The notes below the pieces were generated by a model that saw only the letters and a program-made list of their open reading frames with translations, had not been told where the DNA came from and made no database searches. Below, piece by piece: positions 19,833 through 29,739 of a stretch of 64,000 nucleotides of DNA (positions are counted from its first letter, which is position 1; every line of letters starts with the position of its first letter). The stretch lies in assembly GCA_048941265.1 (NCBI GenBank), contig JBHLNT010000007.1, positions 12,433 to 76,432 of the forward strand. The letters run 5' to 3'. The position numbers were made by a program, and so were the translations under genes. The DNA is from Promethearchaeota archaeon (GTDB taxonomy: Archaea; Asgardarchaeota; Lokiarchaeia; Sigyniarchaeales; SOKP01).

Positions 19833-21110
19833 ATGTCAGAACATAAGAATAATGAAATTTTAAGATCTAAAGGTTATTTCAGATATTTGATCTTTATATT
19901 AATACTTGCAAATATAGTTGATAGCTATGTTACAATTGTGAATGGAATGTTTCCCTCAAAAATTGCGGAGGAATTTTTAAGCGGCTATTCAACTAACGAA
20001 CAAAACGCTCTTATGGCTATAGGGGCAAGTATCGCAAGCATGGGGTATTATTTTATTTTTGTGAATCTATATTTAGCAGATAAAATTGGCAGAAAAAAAG
20101 TACTAGCTTATACAATAATCGGTATTGCCTTATCATGCTTAATGATGATACTTTCTACCAATTTCTGGCAATATGTTTTTTTTTGGGCACTATTGTATTT
20201 ATTTTTCAGTTCAGATCTATGGGCAATTTATATAAATGAAGAATCAATAAAAGAAAAACGTGCTTTTTATCAATATATAATTCTGATTGGAGGTTTAATC
20301 GGACCAGTATTAGCAATAATTTTACGTTCTATTTTTATCACAGAAACAAGGTCAGACTGGAGAGTATTATTAATAATTCCAATCCTAATAGGAATCCCGT
20401 TATCTATTATTGTGTTATTTACACTGAAAGAGACTTCAATATTTCAATTAATGAAAAAAGATCCCTCCCTCATTGAAAAACGGTCGTTCAGGGAAGATTT
20501 AAAAGCAATTTTTAGAACAGATCAACGAAAAGCATACATTTCACTTTTAATTATAACCCTAGTCTTTGGAGCTGCAACAATATGGAGAAATTTATTTGAA
20601 AAATATATAACAGATGTAGGAATATTAACTCAGACTCAAATAAGTATTGTTTTTATATGGACTGTCCTAGCTGTTTTAATTGCTTTTCTTATTAATGGTT
20701 TACTCGCAGATAGAATTGGGAGGAAACCTTTAGTGTACCTGTGGTCATGTTTATTGCCCGTAGGAGTAATGATCTGGGTTGTAGGTGCTCATGATCCGCA
20801 AAATGCTTTTATTATAGTACAAATAGGATTTGCCTTAATGCATGTATGCTTTTGGGGATTATTAACAATTCTTAGTCTTATAACTATAGAAACGCTCCCA
20901 ACCGACAGAAGAGCATCGGGTGTGGGGCTTAGATGGTTATTTTTTGCTATTGGCACTACACTTGGTCTATTACTAAGCAGTATAGTCATTCTATTTTTAG
21001 GTTTAGGGATAGCTTTTATTATTTTCATATTGACAATGTATATTATAGCACCATTAACCTACTTGAGCTTAAAGGAAACGAAAGGGATAGAACTGAGCGA
21101 AATTAAATAA
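19833..21110 (+). CDS. MFS transporter
   Basis: About 12 TM segments; ADKIGRK and ADRIGRK (motif A), ETLPTDRRA, LKETKG. Confidence 0.92.
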   Translation: MSEHKNNEILRSKGYFRYLIFILILANIVDSYVTIVNGMFPSKIAEEFLSGYSTNEQNALMAIGASIASMGYYFIFVNLYLADKIGRKKVLAYTIIGIALSCLMMILSTNFWQYVFFWALLYLFFSSDLWAIYINEESIKEKRAFYQYIILIGGLIGPVLAIILRSIFITETRSDWRVLLIIPILIGIPLSIIVLFTLKETSIFQLMKKDPSLIEKRSFREDLKAIFRTDQRKAYISLLIITLVFGAATIWRNLFEKYITDVGILTQTQISIVFIWTVLAVLIAFLINGLLADRIGRKPLVYLWSCLLPVGVMIWVVGAHDPQNAFIIVQIGFALMHVCFWGLLTILSLITIETLPTDRRASGVGLRWLFFAIGTTLGLLLSSIVILFLGLGIAFIIFILTMYIIAPLTYLSLKETKGIELSEIK

Positions 21111-21298
21111 TGTTAAAAAAAATTATTTTTTTTAACCTCTAAATCTCTCAAAAATTAAAGTTTTAGATGATCTTCTTGAAGAGTACGAATCTTCACACTA
21201 TCTTTAAATGAAATGAATTATTTTCCTATTCAAACATAATCGAAAATATTGATCCTTCAAATTTTTGATTGAGGGACAATTTTGGAGCATGAAATAAG

Positions 21299-22237
21299 TT
21301 GAAAGTTGAAAAATGTTCACAAGATTTAGAAAATGAAGTAATTTATGCGGGCCTTTGTATCCACTGTGGATCGTGCAATGCTTTTTGCCCACACATGGAT
21401 TTCAACAAGGAAACTGGAGAAGCTTATGTAGTTGATGAATGTACAGAAACAATAGGACTATGTTATAATGCGTGTCCAAGAAGTTTTTTACCAGTGAGAG
21501 AAATTGAACAGGCCTTATTTGGCCAAACTCGTACTGATTTAGCAATTGGGGTTTATAAGGACATAATTATAGTGAAATCAAAAAATAAAGATGAAATTTT
21601 ATACAACCTTATATCAGCTGCATTTGAGAAGGGTATTATTAAACATTTAGTTATAGGAAAACCTAAAAGTAAGAAGCCTCCCGTAGCATTCCCCGAAGTA
21701 GTTGATAGCGCAAAAGATGCAAAGTCATTAATCCCTAAGGCTTCTATGGACAATGCTGGACCATTAATTACTGGAATTGGTAAAGCATATTTGGATAAAA
21801 AAAAAGATATAGGTATTATTGCAAATCCATGTCATTTGCAAGGTTTAGCAAAGATTCTTGTAAGTGACTTTAATACGGGAGCTGAAAGAACTTCATTAAG
21901 AATAGCACATGCATGCTCTTCAGGTGGCATGGCGGGATGTAAGTATTGTACAGATTTTTCAGGAGAATTTTCAGACATATCTTATTCTCCAATGGGTGCT
22001 CCTAAAGGAGAAGCAATGTTGATTATAAGAACTGATATTGGTCAACAGGTAGTTGACGCTGCAAAAGAGATGAAACTAATAGAAGTGACAAATGAAAATC
22101 CTGAGCTTAGTGCAATGAAAAATTTTATTAATAAAAAGCGTAAGAAGAATTTCAGAAATCTCATGGGTAAAGATTTAGTAACTGCAAAATATTTAAAGCT
22201 AAATATTGAAGAAATCAGAGAACTTCTTGAGGACTGA
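21299..22237 (+). CDS. Ferredoxin-fused FrhB/FpoF-like protein (F420-dependent enzyme beta-subunit family), compact and divergent
   Basis: CIHCGSCNAFCP, C-LCYNACPR, PCH, GCKYCTDFSGEFSDIS, IIRTDIG. Confidence 0.8.
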   Translation: MKVEKCSQDLENEVIYAGLCIHCGSCNAFCPHMDFNKETGEAYVVDECTETIGLCYNACPRSFLPVREIEQALFGQTRTDLAIGVYKDIIIVKSKNKDEILYNLISAAFEKGIIKHLVIGKPKSKKPPVAFPEVVDSAKDAKSLIPKASMDNAGPLITGIGKAYLDKKKDIGIIANPCHLQGLAKILVSDFNTGAERTSLRIAHACSSGGMAGCKYCTDFSGEFSDISYSPMGAPKGEAMLIIRTDIGQQVVDAAKEMKLIEVTNENPELSAMKNFINKKRKKNFRNLMGKDLVTAKYLKLNIEEIRELLED

Positions 22238-22248
22238 CAAATATCCAT

Positions 22249-22267
22249 CTTTTTTTTCCTTTTTTTT
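22249..22267 (+). terminator. Oligo-T tract terminator candidate
   Basis: T runs immediately after the stop of the FrhB-like gene. Confidence 0.45.
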
Positions 22268-22305
22268 ATTAATAAGAATTCTGATTTTTACTTAATTGCC
22301 CTAAT

Positions 22306-22836
22306 TTAAGTAATTTTTTTTTCCAATATCCCCTCTGTTAATTTCTGAAAAATAAGTTGATTATTTTCACCTGATTTAGATGAGGTTTCAAAGAAGTAAT
22401 CAATTTTAAACTTATCTTGAAATTGTTTTACATCGTTAAAATCAATAACTCTTCTATCAGCTAAATCTAACTTACAACCTACTAATACAAACACAGGATT
22501 GGCAGCATTATCTCTCACAATATTATACCATTCAATTAAATTCTCGAAACTATGATATCTGGTAATATCATAGCAAAGAACACAACCCAATGCTCCTCGA
22601 GCATAATTTGGTAAGAAAAACCGAAATCGCTTCTCTCCAGCAAAATCCCATATTTGTAATTTCGCAGAACCTTTATCTCCCATATCAATTTGGATAGAGG
22701 CTAAGTCTGTCCCTATCGTAATTTTTTGAGGTATAAATAGTCCTGTTGTTAGTCTTTTAACCATTGTCGATTTTCCTACACCACCATCACCGACAACAAT
22801 TACCTTAAACAGCAATTGTCGAGACATTGTACTCAT
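22306..22836 (-). CDS. Rab-like small GTPase
   Basis: GDGGVGKS, TIG, LQIWDFAGEKRF, GCKLD, ETSSK; no C-terminal Cys motif. Confidence 0.92.
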   Translation of the reverse strand: MSTMSRQLLFKVIVVGDGGVGKSTMVKRLTTGLFIPQKITIGTDLASIQIDMGDKGSAKLQIWDFAGEKRFRFFLPNYARGALGCVLCYDITRYHSFENLIEWYNIVRDNAANPVFVLVGCKLDLADRRVIDFNDVKQFQDKFKIDYFFETSSKSGENNQLIFQKLTEGILEKKIT

Positions 22837-22872
22837 CTAATTTAATAGTTATAGTTATTAATATATAAATTC

Positions 22873-23751
22873 TTATTCCAATCTTAGCTTTTTTTTAAAA
22901 TTTTCATTTAACAATATAAGGTGTTCTAAAATTTTGTTTTGAGTTAATTCAGGTAATGAACTTAAGATTTTTTCTAATTTTTCTCTGTTAAAATCATTAA
23001 TATCCCTATAATTAATGATTAAAAAGGCAATACTAATAATAGGTGGTGTGGCTATGAAAACATAGATCATAAATGATAATTTAATTGGTTCTGAATTTTC
23101 AAAACCTGTCCCTGGTAAGCTATATTCAAATCCCGGCATAATATTATCGAAAAATGACAAAGCAAATAAGATGTTTAATATATTCAAAATTATAAAAACT
23201 AAAAAATTAATAATAGAAATTATTTTAAAACTTTTCATTTTGAGGAAAGAAATCACATTATCTAAATTATTATGATCTTTTCCAGAATTTTTAGGATCAA
23301 CACTTTCTAACTTTATCTCTATCTTACTATATTTCCATAAATCAATAAACACTGAATAAAAACCAAATGTGTAAAAAAATATAAATATTGAAATGAAATA
23401 GATGAAATAATTATCAATTAACTGGGGATGATAAAGCGATTCTGCCCCAAACCAGAATAATAAAATAATTTGAATGAGCGCACTAAAGTTTAATCTATGA
23501 GAAGAAACTTTTTCTGATCCTAAAGGATTGTAAATAATGAGATTATCGTCAGTGTTGCTTTTTTGTCTTATAGTATCGATCATTTTAAAAAGTAAGGCAA
23601 AAACGAAAGTAATAAGAGGAAATAGAAGTAAAAGTATATTATCCCAGTCTTGGGCAATGACAAGAATGAACAAGAATGAAAATAGAACTAAATCTCGCAA
23701 AAAACTTTCAGAAATCAAATCTTTAAACTGTGGCTTATTTTTAATGCTCAT
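22873..23751 (-). CDS. Hypothetical membrane protein (about 6 TM)
   Basis: Hydrophobic segments; same strand as and 36 bp upstream of the GTPase. Confidence 0.7.
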   Translation of the reverse strand: MSIKNKPQFKDLISESFLRDLVLFSFLFILVIAQDWDNILLLLFPLITFVFALLFKMIDTIRQKSNTDDNLIIYNPLGSEKVSSHRLNFSALIQIILLFWFGAESLYHPQLIDNYFIYFISIFIFFYTFGFYSVFIDLWKYSKIEIKLESVDPKNSGKDHNNLDNVISFLKMKSFKIISIINFLVFIILNILNILFALSFFDNIMPGFEYSLPGTGFENSEPIKLSFMIYVFIATPPIISIAFLIINYRDINDFNREKLEKILSSLPELTQNKILEHLILLNENFKKKLRLE

Positions 23752-23843
23752 TTTTTAATAGAATTATCTAAATAAATTAAGGTTTATAGATATAATTTTT
23801 ATCCATTAGAATAATTAAATCTCTTAAAAATGAATTAAAGTCT

Positions 23844-24242
23844 TCAAACATTTTCGGATGATAATTTACCAATATAATTTACAGAGGTTCTTTTTTTCCC
23901 GATTTTTGTGAATTTAAATTGAATTTTTTTTCTAATCTCTCGACTATAGAGTGCTGTGATCAATAAAACAATAGCAAGAAGAATTACTAATAAATAAAGT
24001 TGAAAGTATAACAAAATAATTAAAATAATGATTTGTATCCCTACTAAAAAACTATAGATTCTTAATAAGAAGTTCATAAAAAATCTAGTATATACAAATA
24101 ATCCCTTTTTATAATGATTAATATTTAGAGCTTTAAGTTCGGATTCAATATGTTTCTGAGCTTTTATCTCTCCATCTGAACCTGGTAAAAGAGGAAAAGA
24201 GAGTTTTTTTACAAATTCTTCACAAGCGAATCTATTATTCAT
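23844..24242 (-). pseudogene. Probable truncated N-terminal fragment of a membrane M28-family peptidase
   Basis: LSFPLLPGSDGEIKAQKHI, a TM hairpin and SVNYIGKL match the M28 N-terminus; the ORF stops before any HxD zinc motif. Confidence 0.55.
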
Positions 24243-24364
24243 ATTAACATATTGCCTGTTTTTTTTTTTAAAAATAATCTTAATAATTAAACTTTTATAG
24301 TCCTTATTAATTTATAAAGGGTCAATCAGCTAATATATTATAATCAAATTTAACGTAAAATACT

Positions 24365-26551
24365 ATGAAATTTTGTCCCGACTGTCAAAATCTTTTATAT
24401 CCTATGAAAAAAGGTCTATATTGTAAATTTTGCCATAATTTTTTTAACAATAAAGATGGTAATTTAAAAGAAGAAGTAAAAAGCATAACTATTAATAAAA
24501 GTAAACTTAATATGAATGATTTATCGAGCGAAATAAAAGGTAAAAAAAAAAATAATATAAAATTACCTAAAAATATGAATTATTTACATTTCTTTCCTTA
24601 CGAGCAATTTAGAGAATCCCAGGAAAATATTATTAAAGAGATTGAAATAAACGCAAGGTCTAAAAAGATTGTTTTATTAGTCGCCCCAAATGGTACTGGA
24701 AAAACTATTATTGCTTTAAGTAGTCTTCTTCCCCTTGCTATTGAAAATGATCTGAAAATAGTCTATCTTTGCCGTACCCATTCTCAAAATACAAGAGTTA
24801 TCAAAGAATTAATTAAAATTTCAAATTTTATTAATTTGAACGAAATAAAGGGTGCCAAAATAAATGGATTGTCAATAAGGGGAAGAAATGAAATGTGTCT
24901 AAATAAAACATTATTATCGTTGAAATTAAATCCTCGGGAATCAATGGCCGTTTGCAGAGACTTAAGAAAAAACAGAAATTGCACTTATTTTTTGAATTTA
25001 TTGAAAAAAAGGGATGAATTTGACAAACCTGTACTAATAGCTCCAAAACTTTTTGAAAATCCCATTGATGCTGAAGATCTTATTAATTTTTGTAACAATA
25101 ATAAGATCTGTCCTTATTTTTTATCTAAATTCCTTTTAGAAGAAATGAGAGTAATTATTTGTAATTATAATTGGATTTTTAATCCGTTTATACGAGAGTC
25201 TTTTTTAAAATTTATAGGGCGCGAAATTGATAAATGTATTTTAGTAATTGATGAGTGTCATAATATTATTGATGTGGCAACGGATGTTAATTCAGAAAGA
25301 ATAACACCATATTCATTAAGAATTTGTTTGAAAGATTTAGAAATGTATCAATCCCCTGTCTTAATGCAAAGTTTCGTTAATATCTTATATGATCACCTTA
25401 ATAAAAAGAAAGAAGTTTTAAAAATAGAGGAAAAGGCAATAGTTCCAGACATTCTTTTAGAAAAAATGTATAAAAAGCTTGGTTTAGCCGATTTAAACGA
25501 ATTTGAAAATTTTATTAAAGATCTACACGAGTTTAGCATAGCAATCCACGAGGAAAAACTAGCCAATGGTGAAATTTCGAGAGATTTTGTAGGGGCATTA
25601 GCAGAATTTTGGTTAAAATGGATTAAAGTTTATTCATTAGAGAATTATTTTTTTTGTTATAATATCCAAAAATTAAAAGAAAAAGCTAATATAGCAATTG
25701 AAATAGTTGCATTAGATCCCAGGGAAATTGCCATACCGATTTTGAAAAATTGTTATTCCTGTTTAAATCTTTCCGGAACAGTTAATCCATATGTTTTTAA
25801 TAATTTAATGGGTTTACATGAAAGTGGGAAGGGTTTTAAAGGAATTATTGCAGATTCACCATTTAAAAAGCAAAATATCAAAGCAATTATTACCGAAGGT
25901 GTAGATACTAAAAGAGAAAGTAGAAATACTCATATGTATAAAAAGATGATAAATAAAATCAATGAGGTTTTATATTGTACCCCCGCTAATGTCGGCATAT
26001 TTTGCGCCTCATATAAAATTTTAAAGGGTTTGCTTGAAAATGATCTTGAAATCACAGTACAGAAAAATAATAAAAAATTGTTTGTTGAAGAACCTGGATT
26101 ATCTGCTTCAGAAAATGCTTTTTTAGTAAATGATTTTAAATCAATGGCTAGTAATCATGAAAATGGCGCTGTTTTATTAGGAGTATGTGGGGGAAGGAAT
26201 TCTGAGGGTGAAGATTATCCCGGAGATTTTATGAACTCCGTAATCATCGCTGGATTTCCATATCATTTACCAACTCCTCGGGTCAATGCAAAAATAGAAT
26301 ATTATGATAGGGTTTTTAATAAACAGGGCTGGAATTTTGCTTATTTATATCCTGCCGTACAACGGGCAAATCAAGCGTCTGGTCGACCAATAAGAAAAAT
26401 AGTTGACAAGGGTGCAATTATTTTCATGGATTCCCGATTTAAAGATAAACATAAATGGATCTCTGAATGGATTCGAAAAGAGTTAGAAATTGTTCCCGAT
26501 AAGCAGAATGCGATTATTCAACATTTATATCCATTTTGGAATTCTAGTTAA
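24365..26551 (+). CDS. xpd: XPD/Rad3-family Fe-S DNA helicase with extra N-terminal Zn ribbon
   Basis: FPYEQFRESQ, APNGTGKT, four Fe-S Cys (EMCL, AVCR, RNCT, ICPY), DECH, SGT, SEGEDY, QASGRPIR. Confidence 0.9.
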   Translation: MKFCPDCQNLLYPMKKGLYCKFCHNFFNNKDGNLKEEVKSITINKSKLNMNDLSSEIKGKKKNNIKLPKNMNYLHFFPYEQFRESQENIIKEIEINARSKKIVLLVAPNGTGKTIIALSSLLPLAIENDLKIVYLCRTHSQNTRVIKELIKISNFINLNEIKGAKINGLSIRGRNEMCLNKTLLSLKLNPRESMAVCRDLRKNRNCTYFLNLLKKRDEFDKPVLIAPKLFENPIDAEDLINFCNNNKICPYFLSKFLLEEMRVIICNYNWIFNPFIRESFLKFIGREIDKCILVIDECHNIIDVATDVNSERITPYSLRICLKDLEMYQSPVLMQSFVNILYDHLNKKKEVLKIEEKAIVPDILLEKMYKKLGLADLNEFENFIKDLHEFSIAIHEEKLANGEISRDFVGALAEFWLKWIKVYSLENYFFCYNIQKLKEKANIAIEIVALDPREIAIPILKNCYSCLNLSGTVNPYVFNNLMGLHESGKGFKGIIADSPFKKQNIKAIITEGVDTKRESRNTHMYKKMINKINEVLYCTPANVGIFCASYKILKGLLENDLEITVQKNNKKLFVEEPGLSASENAFLVNDFKSMASNHENGAVLLGVCGGRNSEGEDYPGDFMNSVIIAGFPYHLPTPRVNAKIEYYDRVFNKQGWNFAYLYPAVQRANQASGRPIRKIVDKGAIIFMDSRFKDKHKWISEWIRKELEIVPDKQNAIIQHLYPFWNSS

Positions 26552-26610
26552 ATTTTCATTATGTAAAATAATTAGAATTAAATTTTAGCTGATGAAAAAT
26601 TCCTACATTG

Positions 26611-28398
26611 CTAATTTTTAATATGTAATTTCATGACTTTTTTATATAAATCATCCAGCTTTTTCGTGACTATTTGCCACCTAAAATGCTCTTTAACTCT
26701 CCTATAACAGTTTTCTCTGATCTTATTATAATAATTTTTATCTGATAAGACTTGATTTTTAATAACTTTATCAGGTATACTATTTGCTACTGAAACATAT
26801 TGATTGTCATTCATAGAATTGGAAATTTCCGCTAATTTAAAAATTGATATTAATGCTTCTGAAAATTGAATTGGATTATCCTTTTCAATCAATATCCCAG
26901 TTCCGTTTTCAGGATCCGTTCGAACATCTATAATTGACTCCTGTAAACCTCCAACTTTAGTAGCAATCACAGGTAATTTTGAAGCCATTGCTTCTAATGC
27001 CATTATACCAAAAGGTTCCCATCGGGATAATGCGCAATATGCATTTGATCCAATATGAGCGATTTGAAAAATTTCTGCTGCGATTCCAAAGACAATCCGT
27101 AGATTATTGGGATATATTTTAACAAATTGAGCATACTCTTTAATTTCACTTAAACTATATTCTGTTGGAAGGATTAACAGTAAAAACTTTGCCTCAGGAA
27201 TAACTTTTATCACTTCCGGAATTGCTTTAAGTATTGTATCAAAACCTTTTTGACGCGATATTCGTCCCGTTGCTATAATTAAAGGACCAGTTTTATCAAA
27301 AGACTTAACACCTCCATTTTTCATAAATGGATCTCTATGAGAAATCTCATTTATCGCGGCTAATACTTTTTCTGATTTAACTAAAGGACTCTGTTTTAGA
27401 TGACTAATTTTATAAGTTAATAAATAATCTTTCATATGATTTCTAGTTATTAAAGACCGACTTGGAATTTGTAGTACTTCACAAATCTCATTGCCCAGCT
27501 TATCAATTATATTTTTATAAGACTCGTCATAATCCCAATCACAACCATCCCAAACAAAATCAGATTTGAATTTAATTAAATCTTTGCCGAGATTAGGTAT
27601 AATATCTGAATGCAAATAAGATTCACTTACAGTTGTAACCAAATCGGCAATAACAGCTCCTATCTTTTCTATTGTTGGAAGATTAGATTCTGCAGTTTCA
27701 TTTTGAGGTTCCTGACACAATTTAAAAATTTCTTGAATGGTTAATAATTTGAAACCCTCATTTAAAAGAATCTTGATAGGACTTTTATCAATTCCACACG
27801 CATAAAAGTAGTCTAGTTTCTTTTTAGGGTAAGTTAATAGATGAATAGTTATTATTGATGGAACATCCAAATCATTCTTGATTAATTCTTGTTTAATACA
27901 TATAAATGGTATTACAACATGATAATCATGCATATGAATGATATCCGGTATAGCTGTTTTATGATTAATAATCAAATTTCTTACATAATCTCTCATTCCA
28001 ATACTAAATAAAAGCATTTTCAAATCAAAAGTATCAGGATGATATACAATAGTATCATCTAAGTATTTGCTAGTGAAAGCATTCTCTCCTGCTAATAATA
28101 TTATATTTATTCCATTTAATTTGCATTTAAAATAGGAAATCTCACAAATAATTTTTGATTCAGCCATTCCTAGGTGTTTAATATCAAATTCTTGTTTACA
28201 AATAAATGGTAGTTGCTCTAATTCTGTAGACTCTTTTAATCGCTCAATTTGTCCGTGAGAGGGAATAAAAACGGTGACTTCAAAATTTTCTTTTAAATAT
28301 TTTGCTTGGTTAGCAGGAACTTCGCCAAGACCACCAACTTTGGCAACACCCGCGTATTCAAATGTAAAGATCCAGACTTTTTCTTTCTCTTCTGTCAA
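26611..28398 (-). CDS. glgA: Glycogen/starch synthase (GT5)
   Basis: KVGGLGEV, HMHDYH, TIH, TTVS, GRISRQKG, SRWEPFGIMALEAM. Confidence 0.9.
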   Translation of the reverse strand: MTEEKEKVWIFTFEYAGVAKVGGLGEVPANQAKYLKENFEVTVFIPSHGQIERLKESTELEQLPFICKQEFDIKHLGMAESKIICEISYFKCKLNGINIILLAGENAFTSKYLDDTIVYHPDTFDLKMLLFSIGMRDYVRNLIINHKTAIPDIIHMHDYHVVIPFICIKQELIKNDLDVPSIITIHLLTYPKKKLDYFYACGIDKSPIKILLNEGFKLLTIQEIFKLCQEPQNETAESNLPTIEKIGAVIADLVTTVSESYLHSDIIPNLGKDLIKFKSDFVWDGCDWDYDESYKNIIDKLGNEICEVLQIPSRSLITRNHMKDYLLTYKISHLKQSPLVKSEKVLAAINEISHRDPFMKNGGVKSFDKTGPLIIATGRISRQKGFDTILKAIPEVIKVIPEAKFLLLILPTEYSLSEIKEYAQFVKIYPNNLRIVFGIAAEIFQIAHIGSNAYCALSRWEPFGIMALEAMASKLPVIATKVGGLQESIIDVRTDPENGTGILIEKDNPIQFSEALISIFKLAEISNSMNDNQYVSVANSIPDKVIKNQVLSDKNYYNKIRENCYRRVKEHFRWQIVTKKLDDLYKKVMKLHIKN

Positions 28399-28536
28399 TA
28401 TTGTTCAATTTATCTCTAAAACTAAATAAATATACTAAACTTAGTTAAATAATAGTAATATTTTTTTTCAATTTTAATTAAAAGAAATTTAGGATTTTCA
28501 TAAAATAAAATAATAAAGTAAAAATGGATAAGAATT

Positions 28537-29739
28537 ATGTGTGATACCTTTGTTAGTTTAGCAACAACTTCAAAAGATAATACTGTAATTTTTGGTAAGA
28601 ATAGTGATAGACTTAGTACTGAAGCTCAATTAATTACCTATGTTCCTCGAACTAAATATTCAAAGGGAGAAGAAGTTCAGTGCACTCATATAAACATTCC
28701 CCAAGTAGATGAAACCGCCGCAATTTTAATGAGTCAGCCGTATTGGATGTATGGGTGTGAAATGGGAGTTAATGAACATGGTGTAGCAATCGGTAATGAA
28801 GCAGTCGCTACTAAAGAGCCACTTAGACAAATAGGGCTTCTGGGAATGGATTTATTGAGACTTGGTTTAGAAAGAGGAAAGACAGCAAAAAATGCCTTAG
28901 AGATTATTATTAACTTATTAGAAAAATATGGACAAGGAGGGGCTCATAATAAAAAAGGATTAAACTATCATAATTCTATGATTATCGCAGATCCTAAGGA
29001 AGCTTATGTTCTAGAAACAGCTGGAGAATGGTGGATTGTAGAGATTGTCAATGATTATCGTTCTATTTCAAATAATTTATCAATTCGGGGAAAGGGTGAT
29101 ATTCGAAAAAAAGGCATAATCCAACATGCAATAGAGAAAGGTTACTGTAAAGATGATAATGATTTTAACTTCAAAATTATATTTTCTTCTTCTCCTTTAT
29201 CTGAAATTTTTCCATTAGATAGTAGAGATGGGTGTTCATTAAACCAGCTGGCCCAAAATAAAGGTAGCATAACACCTGGAATGATGATGAATTTTTTGAG
29301 AGAACATGATGTTGGAATATGCATGCATGGTCGAAGTGATCGATCAGTAGGATCCCAAGTATCCCATTTGAGAAAAAATAAACCGTCTATTCATTGGTTT
29401 ACGGGCAGTACCATCCCTTGCCTTGGTATATTTAAACCGTATATCTTCCCAATTGGAGAAGAAAAGGTTTTAAAACCGGGGCCATATGCAAACATAAATC
29501 CAGAGTGGTTTTGGAGTCGGCATGATAATTTTGTAAAAGATCTCGCTAAAAAACCTAAAATGAATAAACCTGAAAGAAATATCTATTATGAAAAGCTTAG
29601 AAACGTTGAAAATGATATAATAGAGAGGGTTGATGCAGTTATTCAGAAAGAAGATTCCTTATCAAATAGGGGGTTCATAGATAAAATTAAAGAGATCAAT
29701 GAAGAAGCATGGAAAAAGTCAGAAGAGATGATTGAATAA
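28537..29739 (+). CDS. Secernin / peptidase C69 family Ntn-hydrolase
   Basis: MCDTFV, FGKNSDR, WMYGCEMGVNEHGVAIGNEAV, GMDLLRLGLERG, ICMH. Confidence 0.9.
   Translation: MCDTFVSLATTSKDNTVIFGKNSDRLSTEAQLITYVPRTKYSKGEEVQCTHINIPQVDETAAILMSQPYWMYGCEMGVNEHGVAIGNEAVATKEPLRQIGLLGMDLLRLGLERGKTAKNALEIIINLLEKYGQGGAHNKKGLNYHNSMIIADPKEAYVLETAGEWWIVEIVNDYRSISNNLSIRGKGDIRKKGIIQHAIEKGYCKDDNDFNFKIIFSSSPLSEIFPLDSRDGCSLNQLAQNKGSITPGMMMNFLREHDVGICMHGRSDRSVGSQVSHLRKNKPSIHWFTGSTIPCLGIFKPYIFPIGEEKVLKPGPYANINPEWFWSRHDNFVKDLAKKPKMNKPERNIYYEKLRNVENDIIERVDAVIQKEDSLSNRGFIDKIKEINEEAWKKSEEMIE

Noticed and set aside
26505-26551. PIP-like motif at the XPD C-terminus (IQHLYPFW)
   Set aside because: The Gln is out of register, and a terminal aromatic helix is usual in this family
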